Assembly (NCBI GenBank): GCA_026395435.1
Contig: JAPLYT010000006.1
Location: 31,587 to 95,586 of the forward strand
Direction of reading: 5' to 3'
DNA from: Candidatus Saccharimonadota bacterium
GTDB lineage: Bacteria > Patescibacteriota > Saccharimonadia > Saccharimonadales > AWTP1-31
Length of the DNA stretch: 64,000 bases
Positions 20,059 through 30,858 of this stretch are shown here, piece by piece. The number at the start of each line of letters is the position of its first letter. Within the stretch, counting starts at the first letter, position 1. The translations under genes and the position numbers were made by a program. Under the pieces are notes generated by a model, which had not been told where the DNA came from, made no database searches, and saw only the letters and a program-made list of their open reading frames with translations.

Positions 20059-21837
20059 ATGCAATCCAAAATTCGTAATTTCTGCATTATTGCGCATATA
20101 GATCATGGTAAATCGACGCTTGCCGATCGTCTACTCGAACTTACCGGTACCGTCCAGAAACGCGATATGAAATCGCAGATGCTCGATAAGATGGATTTAG
20201 AGCGTGAACGCGGAATCACAATCAAATTAGCGCCAGTCCGCATGAAATATCAGGACTATGAGTTGAACCTGATTGATACACCGGGGCACGTCGACTTCAG
20301 CTATGAAGTATCACGGAGTTTAGAGGCGTGTGAAGGAGCGATACTAGTGGTTGACGCCAGCCAGGGAATTCAAGCCCAAACGCTGGCTAACGTCTATCTG
20401 GCTATGGCTGCCGATCTCGTCATTATCCCAGTTCTCAACAAAATAGACCTTCCGGCGGCAGATGTAGAGCGGGTGAGTGCTGAAGTTATTGCCCTCCTTG
20501 GTTGTGCCAAAGAAGACATTTTGCACATTAGCGCCAAGACCGGCATGGGTGTTGAGGCAGTTCTTGATAAAATCGTTGCTGAAGTCCCGGCCCCAACTGG
20601 TGGTGACGAATCAGCCACTCGAGCACTTATCTTCGACAGTTATTATGATGATTACCGCGGTGTTGTATTGTACGTGCGAGTGGTCGATGGTGAAATCAAA
20701 AAGGGAAGTGACATCCGCATGATGGCCACCAGTGCCAATGGTTTGGCGCTTGAGGTTGGATCGCTTGCCCCTGCCCTGTCTCCGGCACCAGTTTTGAAGA
20801 CGGGTGAGATCGGCTATATCGTCACCAACCTTCGTAGTACCCGGGAGGCAAAAGTGGGCGATACCGTCACACTATCGAATGCCCCCGCAGTCTCTGCCCT
20901 CCCCGGCTATAAAGATGTCAAGCCATTCGTCTACGCAGGGTTTTTCCCGGACAGTAACGAAAACTACCAGCTGCTGAAAGACGCTATCGAAAAACTGAGC
21001 CTCAGCGATTCCGCCTTGCAATACACTCCAGAAAATTCATCCGTGCTGGGCTTCGGTGTCCGCATTGGCTTCCTCGGATTACTCCACATGGATATTGTTC
21101 GTGAGCGGCTGGAGCGAGAGTATGACCTCGATCTCGTTATTACCAATCCATCCACGGATTATCAGCTGACACTCGTCAAAGATGAGGAAATGACCATTCG
21201 CAGTGCCAGTGAGCTGCCTGATCCATCTAAGATTATTGAAATACGAGAACCATGGATCAAGGGTGAAGTCGTGGTCCCTAAAGATTACGTCGGGGCTGTT
21301 ATCCAGCTTATTTCCGGCAAACGAGGCATCCAGAAAAACCTCAGTTATGTCGATGCCCAACTGGCGCTGGTTTCATTCGAGGCACCACTTGCCAACTTAC
21401 TTACAGACTTTTATGATCAACTCAAAAGCGTCACCAGCGGCTATGGAAGTTTCAACTACGAACTTGATGATTATCGAGCTGAAGACCTTGTGAAGGTAGA
21501 CTTCTACGTAGCCGGTGAGCCGGTCGAAGCACTCAGTGTGATGGTCCACCGCAGCGAATCACAACGGCTCGGACGAGAAGTAGTCGACAAACTCAAAGAT
21601 GTAATCCCGCGCCAAAACTTCCAAGTTGCCTTGCAAGCTGGAATTGGCGGCAAGTTTATCGCTCGGGCCGATCTCAGCGCCTACCGCAAAGACGTCACCA
21701 CCGGACTCTACGGTGGCGACGTATCTCGAAAGAAAAAGGTACTCGCTAAGCAAGCCAAAGGTAAAAAGCGCATGAAACGATTCGGTAAGGTCGACATTCC
21801 AGCCGAGGCGTTCACTGTCATGCTCAAGCGTGACTAG
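20059..21837 (+). CDS. lepA: Elongation factor 4 (LepA)
   Basis: IRNFCIIAHIDHGKSTLADR, DTPGHVDF, NKID, LYGGDVSRKKK; start moved to ATG 20059. Confidence 0.98.
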   Translation: MQSKIRNFCIIAHIDHGKSTLADRLLELTGTVQKRDMKSQMLDKMDLERERGITIKLAPVRMKYQDYELNLIDTPGHVDFSYEVSRSLEACEGAILVVDASQGIQAQTLANVYLAMAADLVIIPVLNKIDLPAADVERVSAEVIALLGCAKEDILHISAKTGMGVEAVLDKIVAEVPAPTGGDESATRALIFDSYYDDYRGVVLYVRVVDGEIKKGSDIRMMATSANGLALEVGSLAPALSPAPVLKTGEIGYIVTNLRSTREAKVGDTVTLSNAPAVSALPGYKDVKPFVYAGFFPDSNENYQLLKDAIEKLSLSDSALQYTPENSSVLGFGVRIGFLGLLHMDIVRERLEREYDLDLVITNPSTDYQLTLVKDEEMTIRSASELPDPSKIIEIREPWIKGEVVVPKDYVGAVIQLISGKRGIQKNLSYVDAQLALVSFEAPLANLLTDFYDQLKSVTSGYGSFNYELDDYRAEDLVKVDFYVAGEPVEALSVMVHRSESQRLGREVVDKLKDVIPRQNFQVALQAGIGGKFIARADLSAYRKDVTTGLYGGDVSRKKKVLAKQAKGKKRMKRFGKVDIPAEAFTVMLKRD

Positions 21838-21847
21838 TAAAATATTT

Positions 21848-22333
21848 TTACGATCGAACAATAATGCGCGATGCAACAAGATCTTTTTTGTTGGTTGTTT
21901 TGGCGGTAAATACCGTTACATTAGCATCTTTTTTGAGTTCAGAAGGTTTGAGGGTTTTGGTTTGCTGGGTAATGAGCGTTTTGTCGCTCACTTGGATTGT
22001 TTCGATTTTCCCATTGATAAGTTTTACGGTAATTGATTTTGGATTGACGGTGCTCACTTTACCGATTACTGAATTTGGAAAAAGTGGATTGGATGAAAGG
22101 GCATTCAGAGGATTCAAGAACTGACCAATCTTGGTGTTAATTTGTTTGGCAGCCTCTTTTTTACCGATTTGGATACCCGAATAAAATGCAATACCGCTAC
22201 TTGCTATAAGAGCGATAACAACAGATACGCTGACGATGATTTGTTTTTTATGACGAACAATCGTATTCCTTTTTACTGCAGGTGCAGCTTGATCATTTGG
22301 CTGTTCTCTCACTCGGATCTCCTGTCGCAACAT
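21848..22333 (-). CDS. Membrane-anchored hypothetical protein with a small beta domain (DUF5666-like)
   Basis: One TM; GKVSTV...SITVK...SELKKDANVTV...ASRI pattern. Confidence 0.55.
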   Translation of the reverse strand: MLRQEIRVREQPNDQAAPAVKRNTIVRHKKQIIVSVSVVIALIASSGIAFYSGIQIGKKEAAKQINTKIGQFLNPLNALSSNPLFPNSVIGKVSTVNPKSITVKLINGKIETIQVSDKTLITQQTKTLKPSELKKDANVTVFTAKTTNKKDLVASRIIVRS

Positions 22334-22400
22334 TAATACAAACTTAATTTTAGCATAACCGATATTTTTGCTACTGTATATAGGTAATAGATCTTATTTT

Positions 22401-25400
22401 ATGAAATCGCAGGCGTTAAAAAAATTTTTCGGGGGTTCTACTAAAAAGATTAGAATTTTAGGCGCTTCTTTGGCGCTTCTTTTTGCTGTTTTTGGAGGAG
22501 TTTATTACATTTCGGTTGTCAGCCCTAATACTGCACGTGCCTTTAGCGGTGGTGGATCAGGAACAGCAGACGATCCTTACCAGATTGCAACCTGCCAGCA
22601 ACTTCAAGATATGTCGCTTTCACCTTCTAGCAGCTACGTTTTGACCCAAGACATCGACTGTAACGAAACTATCGGTTGGAATGGGGGAGCAGGATTCCAA
22701 ATGGTGAACGTAGAAGGAGGCTTGGACGGTCGTAATTTTAGCGTCACCGGGCTCTATATAAATCGACCCAACGACTACTGCGTAGGAATAGTCTGCGAGC
22801 TCCATACTGGCTTTATCAAAAACATCCGTTTTTTGAATGGTCCGGCCACGGTAGGAACTATCGCAATAAATGGAGGTTCAAATGTTGGGGTGGTCGGCGG
22901 GAGTGCATACGAAGGCACCGAAATCAGTAATGTATACAGTGAATTGAATGTTCAGGCAAATGGTGTAGCAGGGGGTAATGTTAATCTCGGAGGTATTGTC
23001 GGGATCAATAGAGGGACGATATCTCATGCAGCAGTTACTGGCTCCGTTACATTAGCAACAACAAATCCCAGTGCGGACGGTAGGAGTGTCACTATTGGTG
23101 GGATAGTGGGTAGTATGGATGCCCTCACCGGTGCACCAAGCTTTCTGACAGACAGTTTCAGTACCGGCAATGTATCTATTGGTGCAAATGATCCAAATAG
23201 TTTTGCTGGTGAATTAGAGTGTGGAGGTATTCTTGGCCAAGCCTCTACAAGAGCATCCATAGCCAGAACGTACGCCACTGGTCGGATCGATTGCGACGCT
23301 AATAATACGGCCCGAGGAGGCTTGATCGGTAATTTATATAATGGACGAAATGTCGCTAACAATTCAACCGTCACCGACAGCTTTGCTACTGGTCGAATTG
23401 AGGGCACCAAAGGTAAAAAAGGTGGATTAATTGGTGGTTTAGATCGTAATAATGCTGAAGGCTATGACTTTAGTACAGACTATTTTGATGTAACCACTTC
23501 TACTCAAGCCGAATGCGTCGGCATTGTTACTAGTTTGTGTACAGGGGTCAATAGTGATGGTTCTGCGCCTGGCTACTTTACCGATAATAATGCACCGGTA
23601 TATACCAGGTGGGATCAACAAGCCGTCTGGCAATTCGATGGCGGTCTCCCAACGCTAAAGATCTTGCCGGTCCCCGCGAATCCACCTACAAACGTAGCGG
23701 TTATAAAAGATGGAAGAACGTTGAAAGTATCCTGGACAGAACCGATCATAGAGCCAGGAAGCCCCAATGTGATCTCTGATTATCAAATTTATTATCGCAA
23801 ACATGATCAATCTACCGACTGGCTACAATATGATGACGGCATTAGTACGACCACTCATGCTGATCTCGTAGGGCTAAACTTACCCGATACGTATGACTTT
23901 AGAGTGAAGGCCATTAACAACGCTTTGAGTGGTCTTTATTCTAGCGTCTTGACATTCTCAACAGGTGGTCCAGAAATCGCCCCCCAAAATATTCAAAATA
24001 CACGAGGCTCAAAAAGCCTAACCTTCACATGGTCAGCTGTCGATACTGCCGATAGTTATCAAATACGCTATCGTAAGACTGGAACGCAAGATTGGATCGA
24101 AAACGGCATTATTGAATATTCCAACCTTACCGCCAATATTCGTAGCCTGCAAGACACTACCGCCTATGAGGTCCAAATTCGGGCTATTAACACCCTAGGC
24201 GAAGGCCCATGGTCGACCACCATTGCCACTGCAACGGACAGTATCGTAGTCCGTACGATAACAAATTGCCAAGAACTGCAGAATATGAAAAACGATTTAG
24301 ACGGATCATATGTTTTGGCCAACAATATTGATTGTACTAATTTTAATGAGAATGGTAATCCAGCTGGTTTTCAGCCGGTGGGCAATGGCAAACTATTTTT
24401 TGATGGTTCGCTCGATGGTAAAAACTTTACGATCTCAAATTTGACTATCAACGACACAGTCAGCAACGATGGTACAGAATATCAAGGGGCAGGGATCTTT
24501 GGCGTGGTCGCCGGAGCATCAATCAAAGACATTACTATCAGTAATAGCTCAGTCACTGGGTACGCTACTCTAGCGCCTTCAGTCGATACAGACGGCAATG
24601 GACTACCCGATGCTCCTCAAGTACCTATTGATGTCAACAACATTACCCTGCCAACAATGGAAAATATTACTACCGGTGGTCAAAAGTTATTGGATGGCAC
24701 GCAGACGATCTCACGCTGGGCAGTGGGATCGGTTGCAGGGGTGATCGGTGGTACGGGAACTTATTCCAATATCCGCGTCAATAACAGTGTCGTGAGTGGG
24801 GCAGTGAGCGGTGGAGTGTTTGGTACCGTTATACCGCTTGCTACTTTTATCGAACTGAATGGATCTACGAATACTCTTGGCGATGAAGCCGCATCGCTGA
24901 CCCTAGATTCGATCACATCGAATGGGGCCATCTATGGGTTTATTTCTGGCGGACTGATTGGAATAGCGGCTACAAAGCCAAATCTAGCATCGGTTGATCC
25001 AGGGATATTGAAAATACAAAATAGTTCATCTTCGGCAAGCGTAGACGCGAACATTGGCGGTGGACTTGTCGGCTTTGGGTCTTCTCTAGGGGCCTTGTCT
25101 TTACTGAGCTCCCTTGGTAACGGTACGACCCCTTCCGGCGGCTATGATTCTCTCAATTACAAAAGTGTTATCATCAAAAATTCTTTTGCTACGGGTAATG
25201 TCAGTGCCTGTCAGGCGCCAAGTGAAATTCGGGTTGCAGCACTCGGCGGACTGATTGGTGTAGGCTCCGGTATCAAGATAGAATCTTCTTCTGCCTCAGG
25301 TAACGTCAGTGCCTGTTCGGCAAATAACCTACAGGATCAATTTTTCGGTAATGTTTACGGAGGAGCCATGGGCGGTCTGAGCGGTGCACTGATATTCTCT

Positions 25401-28400
25401 AAGATATCCGATAGTCACGCCTCGGGTAGTGTCACTGCTATTGATGACGCCCCATCCGATACAGACAAATATCAAACCTACGTTGGTATCAGTGGAGGCC
25501 TTTCGGGCATTTTGCTTAACTCTGTCAATAATACCGATGCAGAGACTGTCAGTAATAGCTACGCTACCGGAGATGTGTCGTCTGAAAGTGCTACCGGGCT
25601 ATTGTCTATCAATGCTGGCCTCGTTGGACTATACCTTGGCAATGGAGTAATACAATCATCCTATGCGACCGGTAATGTACGAAATACCATGCAGAGTGGG
25701 TCCGTCCTGGGGGCGTCAATTTCTGGCGGCCTAGTCGGAACCGGTATTGGAATCGATGGAACCTATATAACTAATATTGTTACCAACAACTATCAAAATC
25801 AATCTTCGCCATATACGTTTGCTCGCACATCTGGGCTGGTTATCAATAACTCCTATGCAAAAGGGGAGGTCCGTAATACAAAAGTTGGTTCAGGGAGTCT
25901 CGTAACTATTGCGGGAGGGGCTACGGGATTACTGGCAGGGCAAGTGACCTTGGCTAATTCACATGCATTAGGAAATGTCGTGAACATAAACAGTAGTACA
26001 TTGAACTTGGATACGGGCGCTACGAATGATACGATTGTCGATATTCTTCGAAAAAACAACATTGATCTTTCCATAGCGGGTGGTCTGAGCGGCGTGACGA
26101 TTGGCATAGACCCCACCGTAATTATTAGTGGTTCTCCCGCTGGTGGCTCAGGTCTTCCTGATATCATTGATGTCTCAAAATTACCGCCAGCTATACGTAT
26201 CGAAAGCGCCTATGCCACTGGGTCGGTAAATGGCAATATTGCTGGCGGCTTAGTAGGATCGGGTTTGCTTTCGCTGAGTATCAATAAATCATACGCTACT
26301 GGTGACGTGCAGGGTGCGTTTGCAGGAGGTATCGCAGGATCGGTAGATAGTGCCACGGTTGCACTAGCCACCAAAGTAATACCCTATTTGGTCGGTGTTT
26401 TTAATTTTAATAATCCAGGTTCTCCGTTTACTGATTATGTATGGCTATTGTCTAGTCCAACAGTAATCTATCCATTTACCTCAGGCATAACGACAACCAT
26501 TTCTAATACCTATTCCACGGGTAATATCACCGGTGTTCGTAAGCTAGCCGAAATTAATCGACTGAAGACCACACCCACGCTACCAGTCATTAATGGCACT
26601 GATGTCAATACGCCGAGTGTGATCGGTGGTATTGTAGGTGTATTCTCGGCTGCTGGCGGAAGCATTGAAAATTCTTATTCAGCCGGCAAGATGACCATGC
26701 CTGCCATCGACTCGCCATCAAAAGATCGTCAACCAGGAACAATTAAGTTGCCAGAACTGCCTGCCATCGCCGGTGGTATCGTAGGGCTGGACGTAGCCTT
26801 ACCACAGACAATGACCAATGTAGAGTATGAAATACTCATAGAAAAAACTTGTGGTCCATTAGACTCAAATGTTATTGATCCGCAATGCATATTGAATATC
26901 AATGCTAATAATTTGGTCAAAAAAGCACAAACAATTCGTAACGTCTTTTCGGCATCGCAATTGATCGTCTCAGACGATACCGTAAGTGCAGGCTATTCGG
27001 GATTGACACTATCACCACTGGGGACGCTAGCGGGCGACAGTATCAAGGATACTGATATTTTGAAGACACCAAACAATTATTTCGATCGATCAAAGATCTC
27101 CCTTGACCGCTGTTCAGGGCCAAATGGTGGCGCCTATGATCTTGCAAACACGGTCTTGAAATCGACGTATATTCCAGATGGTCAAGACCAGAACACGCTA
27201 CCAAGTACAATACCGAATGAGTGGAAAAGTACCTACATTGACCCTGTGCTCAAAAAACCGGAATGCACGGCGGTTAACAAAAACAATTCCCAGCCAAATT
27301 ACTTCATAAACAATAAGGCTAATGCGCCACTTAATAGCTGGAACTTTACTAATCTTTGGTATACCCAAGCCAAGGATTATCCTAAATTCGTCGCTGGTGC
27401 CGTGACAGTCACCCCAAACACTCCTGCACCTGTGGTGCCGCCAGTTCCCTCGCCTCCAGCTGAAGATGTTCCGACACCAACACCGACACCAACAACGACC
27501 GCCAAGCCAAGTCCAATACTTACTTCGATCATTCGTAATATCGCCATCAAGCAGAACCCGGTAAAATCTGATATCAAACAAGTTCGTGGCCTCAAGACGC
27601 TACTGGCCAATGTGCCAATATTTATTGCCCGCAGCATTCCGTACACGCTCATCTTGGCGTTACTTATCCTAGCTTCATTATATTCATGGCAAGCACTACA
27701 GGCATATAGTGAGCTCCGAACGTTCCATAAAAATATCATGCGGGTGCTCGACACCAAAGAAGCAGTCGAGAATTATCTGGCTATTACTACTCACTATCTC
27801 AACACTCCTGCAGCCATTATGGGTGGGGCGGTGGAATTGCTCGAGTCACTCAAAAAGATATCAGCCGCCCAGGCCAAGTCACTCAAGCAAAGCATTAAGA
27901 AATTTGCCGATGATGCTGCTCAACTGCTGGTTGCTAATCAGGTTTCCGGAGCCCAGGCAAACAATGACGAGCTGAAACTTAAGCAGCACCAAAAGAATCC
28001 ACTCCAGGCGCCAGGCGTTTGGGTGCCTGCACTGATCGCCTTTGGATTGATTGCCCTTGCGAACGCTCTCTTCATCTATGCAGATGTATTTAACACTTCA
28101 CCGTATCGTTTTGCAGTCGAATTTGGACTGTTCGCCCTCAGTGTTGGCCTGGTTGCCCTTGCCTATCGGTATCGCAACTTCCTGGAAGCATCAAAAGAGT
28201 TGGCCCGAAACCAACTGAAATTAGAAGCCCAGCTGTACAACAAGCGAACTGCTTTCTTGCCACAAGCGACCAAAGTAACTACAGAAAATTCTCGCGCATT
28301 ACAGCTTGCCAGTGCTCCGCTAAAATCAGCCCCAGAAGCCAAACTATTCTTTAACGGTCTTGCGATGCTCACAGGAATTAGCACAGGGCTCGCAAACCTC

Positions 28401-28937
28401 GAAAAATTTGCAGACTTCAACGCTAAGCCTCCGTTGTTTGATATCAGCAGTTTTGCTAAGAAGGCAGTCGCCAATGTGTCCGTACAAGCAAAAGCCAAGA
28501 ATTTGACTATAAACACCGAAGTAGACGCCGGACTTGTATCACGAATCCAGCCAGAAGAAATCCGTCAACTCGTAGAGTCGCTCCTTGATAACGCCGTTAA
28601 ATTTAGCAATGACAATGGCGTCGTTGGCCTCAATATCTACCGTAAATTCAACAAACTGGTGATTAGCGTGAGCGACACTGGTTCAGGAATCTCAGAACAT
28701 AAACTTCCGAGCCTACTAAAACCGTTTACTCGGGGCACCGATTCTATGCAGTACAATCACGAAGGATTGGGCCTCGGTCTATACTCAAACAAGGTTATTG
28801 TTGATAAGCTTGGTGGAACCATCCGGATTGATAGCAAAGTGGGCAAGGGTACGACTGTGACAGTCACGGTGCCAAGCCGCCACGATGCGGTAGCATTTGC
28901 CCCGGTATTTATAAATCCGGATACTACACCAGCTTAG
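22401..28937 (+). CDS. Giant surface sensor histidine kinase: GLUG-type repeats, 2 FN3 domains, Pro-rich stalk, TM segments, H-box-like motif, HATPase
   Basis: GSGTADDPYQI, repeated GGLIG/SYATG motifs, FN3 YDFRVKAIN and YEVQIRAIN, THYLNTP, LLDNAVKF, SDTGSGI, GLGLGL. Confidence 0.85.
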   Translation: MKSQALKKFFGGSTKKIRILGASLALLFAVFGGVYYISVVSPNTARAFSGGGSGTADDPYQIATCQQLQDMSLSPSSSYVLTQDIDCNETIGWNGGAGFQMVNVEGGLDGRNFSVTGLYINRPNDYCVGIVCELHTGFIKNIRFLNGPATVGTIAINGGSNVGVVGGSAYEGTEISNVYSELNVQANGVAGGNVNLGGIVGINRGTISHAAVTGSVTLATTNPSADGRSVTIGGIVGSMDALTGAPSFLTDSFSTGNVSIGANDPNSFAGELECGGILGQASTRASIARTYATGRIDCDANNTARGGLIGNLYNGRNVANNSTVTDSFATGRIEGTKGKKGGLIGGLDRNNAEGYDFSTDYFDVTTSTQAECVGIVTSLCTGVNSDGSAPGYFTDNNAPVYTRWDQQAVWQFDGGLPTLKILPVPANPPTNVAVIKDGRTLKVSWTEPIIEPGSPNVISDYQIYYRKHDQSTDWLQYDDGISTTTHADLVGLNLPDTYDFRVKAINNALSGLYSSVLTFSTGGPEIAPQNIQNTRGSKSLTFTWSAVDTADSYQIRYRKTGTQDWIENGIIEYSNLTANIRSLQDTTAYEVQIRAINTLGEGPWSTTIATATDSIVVRTITNCQELQNMKNDLDGSYVLANNIDCTNFNENGNPAGFQPVGNGKLFFDGSLDGKNFTISNLTINDTVSNDGTEYQGAGIFGVVAGASIKDITISNSSVTGYATLAPSVDTDGNGLPDAPQVPIDVNNITLPTMENITTGGQKLLDGTQTISRWAVGSVAGVIGGTGTYSNIRVNNSVVSGAVSGGVFGTVIPLATFIELNGSTNTLGDEAASLTLDSITSNGAIYGFISGGLIGIAATKPNLASVDPGILKIQNSSSSASVDANIGGGLVGFGSSLGALSLLSSLGNGTTPSGGYDSLNYKSVIIKNSFATGNVSACQAPSEIRVAALGGLIGVGSGIKIESSSASGNVSACSANNLQDQFFGNVYGGAMGGLSGALIFSKISDSHASGSVTAIDDAPSDTDKYQTYVGISGGLSGILLNSVNNTDAETVSNSYATGDVSSESATGLLSINAGLVGLYLGNGVIQSSYATGNVRNTMQSGSVLGASISGGLVGTGIGIDGTYITNIVTNNYQNQSSPYTFARTSGLVINNSYAKGEVRNTKVGSGSLVTIAGGATGLLAGQVTLANSHALGNVVNINSSTLNLDTGATNDTIVDILRKNNIDLSIAGGLSGVTIGIDPTVIISGSPAGGSGLPDIIDVSKLPPAIRIESAYATGSVNGNIAGGLVGSGLLSLSINKSYATGDVQGAFAGGIAGSVDSATVALATKVIPYLVGVFNFNNPGSPFTDYVWLLSSPTVIYPFTSGITTTISNTYSTGNITGVRKLAEINRLKTTPTLPVINGTDVNTPSVIGGIVGVFSAAGGSIENSYSAGKMTMPAIDSPSKDRQPGTIKLPELPAIAGGIVGLDVALPQTMTNVEYEILIEKTCGPLDSNVIDPQCILNINANNLVKKAQTIRNVFSASQLIVSDDTVSAGYSGLTLSPLGTLAGDSIKDTDILKTPNNYFDRSKISLDRCSGPNGGAYDLANTVLKSTYIPDGQDQNTLPSTIPNEWKSTYIDPVLKKPECTAVNKNNSQPNYFINNKANAPLNSWNFTNLWYTQAKDYPKFVAGAVTVTPNTPAPVVPPVPSPPAEDVPTPTPTPTTTAKPSPILTSIIRNIAIKQNPVKSDIKQVRGLKTLLANVPIFIARSIPYTLILALLILASLYSWQALQAYSELRTFHKNIMRVLDTKEAVENYLAITTHYLNTPAAIMGGAVELLESLKKISAAQAKSLKQSIKKFADDAAQLLVANQVSGAQANNDELKLKQHQKNPLQAPGVWVPALIAFGLIALANALFIYADVFNTSPYRFAVEFGLFALSVGLVALAYRYRNFLEASKELARNQLKLEAQLYNKRTAFLPQATKVTTENSRALQLASAPLKSAPEAKLFFNGLAMLTGISTGLANLEKFADFNAKPPLFDISSFAKKAVANVSVQAKAKNLTINTEVDAGLVSRIQPEEIRQLVESLLDNAVKFSNDNGVVGLNIYRKFNKLVISVSDTGSGISEHKLPSLLKPFTRGTDSMQYNHEGLGLGLYSNKVIVDKLGGTIRIDSKVGKGTTVTVTVPSRHDAVAFAPVFINPDTTPA

Positions 28938-28963
28938 TCTTACGCCTCTCGACTGCATCGGCA

Positions 28964-29040
28964 CATTTGTATGAACAGACACTACGTGGGCTAACTTGGT
29001 ACGCCCGTCTACCGTTCGCTGATGCTGTTCATTACAAATG
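28964..29040. repeat. Long imperfect intergenic hairpin
   Basis: CATTTGTATGAACAG / CTGTTCATTACAAATG arms between convergent genes. Confidence 0.65.
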
Positions 29041-29068
29041 ACCTATGAGTCACGACGTTAATACCTAT

Positions 29069-29100
29069 AGGTTTCTCCTCTAACAGATGGGAGAAATGTG
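29069..29100. repeat. Short hairpin repeat family B, copy 2
   Basis: AGGTTTCTCCTCTAACAGATGGGAGAAATGTG. Confidence 0.8.
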
Positions 29101-29102
29101 GG

Positions 29103-29561
29103 TTAGGCTTTTTGGAGTTCTTGGAGGTCGGTGATGATCTGCGCAGCATGGGTGACCGGGTTTACTCCCAGATATTCGCGGACGATCTCTCCGGCAGGGC
29201 TGATGATGAATGTATTGCGCAGAATTCCTTGATATGTTTTGCCCATGAACTTTTTTTGGCCCCATGATTTGTAGGCAGTAATCATGTCGCCACTTTCGTC
29301 ACTGAGCAACGTAAAGTTGAGGTTGTGTTTCTCGATAAACTTTAAGTGGCTCGAAGGGGTGTCTTTGCTGACTCCTACCACAACGGAATTGCCGAGACTG
29401 GCGATTTGATCGCGCGCATCACGGAAGTTACAGGCTTCTTTGGTACAGCCAGGTGTATTATCCTTAGGGTAAAAATAGAGTACTAGCCATTGTCCTTTGT
29501 AGTCGGCTAAGGAGCGGATAGTTCCATTTTGATCTGGTAGTGAAAATTCTAATGCTTTCAT
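29103..29561 (-). CDS. bcp: Peroxiredoxin (BCP/PrxQ)
   Basis: LYFYPKDNTPGCTKEAC. Confidence 0.95.
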   Translation of the reverse strand: MKALEFSLPDQNGTIRSLADYKGQWLVLYFYPKDNTPGCTKEACNFRDARDQIASLGNSVVVGVSKDTPSSHLKFIEKHNLNFTLLSDESGDMITAYKSWGQKKFMGKTYQGILRNTFIISPAGEIVREYLGVNPVTHAAQIITDLQELQKA

Positions 29562-29590
29562 AGGGTCCTCGTTTCTGCTATAACTGTACC

Positions 29591-30304
29591 ATGGAAATAC
29601 AGCTCAAAAATAAACAAGAATTCATTTCAGTTCTAAAAAACTATACGATCTCTGATGATCATCGCACGTCTCTTGGTGACATCACACTCGTCTTGCTGGT
29701 CGGCATCACTGGTTCAGGCAAGAACGCCATTATGCATCGCCTGAGCGAGAGCGGGGAGTTCCACGTGGTCGTATCAGATACTACCCGCCCCCCACGAGCT
29801 GGTGAGCAGAACGGTCGTGAATACTGGTTTAGGAGCGAAGCCGATGTACTTGCAGACCTCCGGAATGGGAGGTTTGTGGAGGCCGCTCTCATCCATAATC
29901 AGCAAGTTTCAGGCACGAACACGCGCGAGTTTGAAGAGGCATTAAGCCAGCACAAAATCGCCCTCAACGAGGTGGATGTGATGGGTATCGAAAATTTTTT
30001 GAAAGCCAAGCCAGACATTATCCCCATTTTCCTCATCCCTCCATCGATAGAAATATGGCAAGAACGGCTTCATAAAAGAGGTGAAATGTCGCCTGAGGAT
30101 CTTAAAAATCGGCTCAAGAGTTCCCTCGTTGAGATCAAGACCGCTCTCGAAAAACCGTACTATCATTTTCTGATCAACGACAACCTTGAAGATGCTATAC
30201 ATGGAGTTCGGAAAATATCGAAGGGAATCATCAATGCAGAACACGATGCCCATGGCCGACAAGTCGCTCAAGAGTTATTGAAAAAAATAGAAACAATGGT
30301 ATAA
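29591..30304 (+). CDS. gmk: Guanylate kinase
   Basis: GITGSGK, SDTTRPPRAGEQNGREYWF, IFLIPPS. Confidence 0.85.
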   Translation: MEIQLKNKQEFISVLKNYTISDDHRTSLGDITLVLLVGITGSGKNAIMHRLSESGEFHVVVSDTTRPPRAGEQNGREYWFRSEADVLADLRNGRFVEAALIHNQQVSGTNTREFEEALSQHKIALNEVDVMGIENFLKAKPDIIPIFLIPPSIEIWQERLHKRGEMSPEDLKNRLKSSLVEIKTALEKPYYHFLINDNLEDAIHGVRKISKGIINAEHDAHGRQVAQELLKKIETMV

Positions 30305-30335
30305 TAAAAAAATTCATGTATGTTAAAGGGATGCA

Positions 30336-30833
30336 ATGATCCAAAAAAGTAATTCACGTCGACAACAAGCTTCAGAAAATACCGTCTTACGACATGTATC
30401 ATTCATAGAAACAGTTTCAGACTATCAGCAGGATAAAACCGAAAAATTAGTCGATACGCTTATTGCGGTATCCGATTCGATTCGCTACGTACTTTCACCT
30501 CGCATGCGTTTAGAAGTCGCAAAAATAGATCTTATGGCTACGATTGACGCCTGTGCCGAGATGGGAGAAATGCCAACTGACGGAAATATACAGTTCTTTA
30601 CTGGCTATAACAACGATGGCAATTCATATACCGCGTGCAGTGTGGTGCACATGCCTCACTATGAAAATAATCCAAGTATGATATTTATGCTCAACAACGA
30701 TACGGGTGATTATATATTAGGAGTCAACAGTAAAGTACATGAAACTACCGACCTGCAACTTACCGCTATTCTCAGAGACATGAACCAGCTGGCAATTGAA
30801 GCACTGAGTGGTAGGCAAGACTCTAGCACTTGA
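30336..30833 (+). CDS. Hypothetical protein
   Basis: 165-aa ORF filling the gmk-hrcA gap. Confidence 0.55.
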   Translation: MIQKSNSRRQQASENTVLRHVSFIETVSDYQQDKTEKLVDTLIAVSDSIRYVLSPRMRLEVAKIDLMATIDACAEMGEMPTDGNIQFFTGYNNDGNSYTACSVVHMPHYENNPSMIFMLNNDTGDYILGVNSKVHETTDLQLTAILRDMNQLAIEALSGRQDSST

Positions 30834-30849
30834 ACACTGAGAGTGCTAA
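30823..30849. promoter_or_regulatory. CIRCE operator upstream of hrcA
   Basis: CTAGCACTT-N9-GAGTGCTAA versus consensus TTAGCACTC-N9-GAGTGCTAA. Confidence 0.9.
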
Positions 30850-30858
30850 AATAGAATC

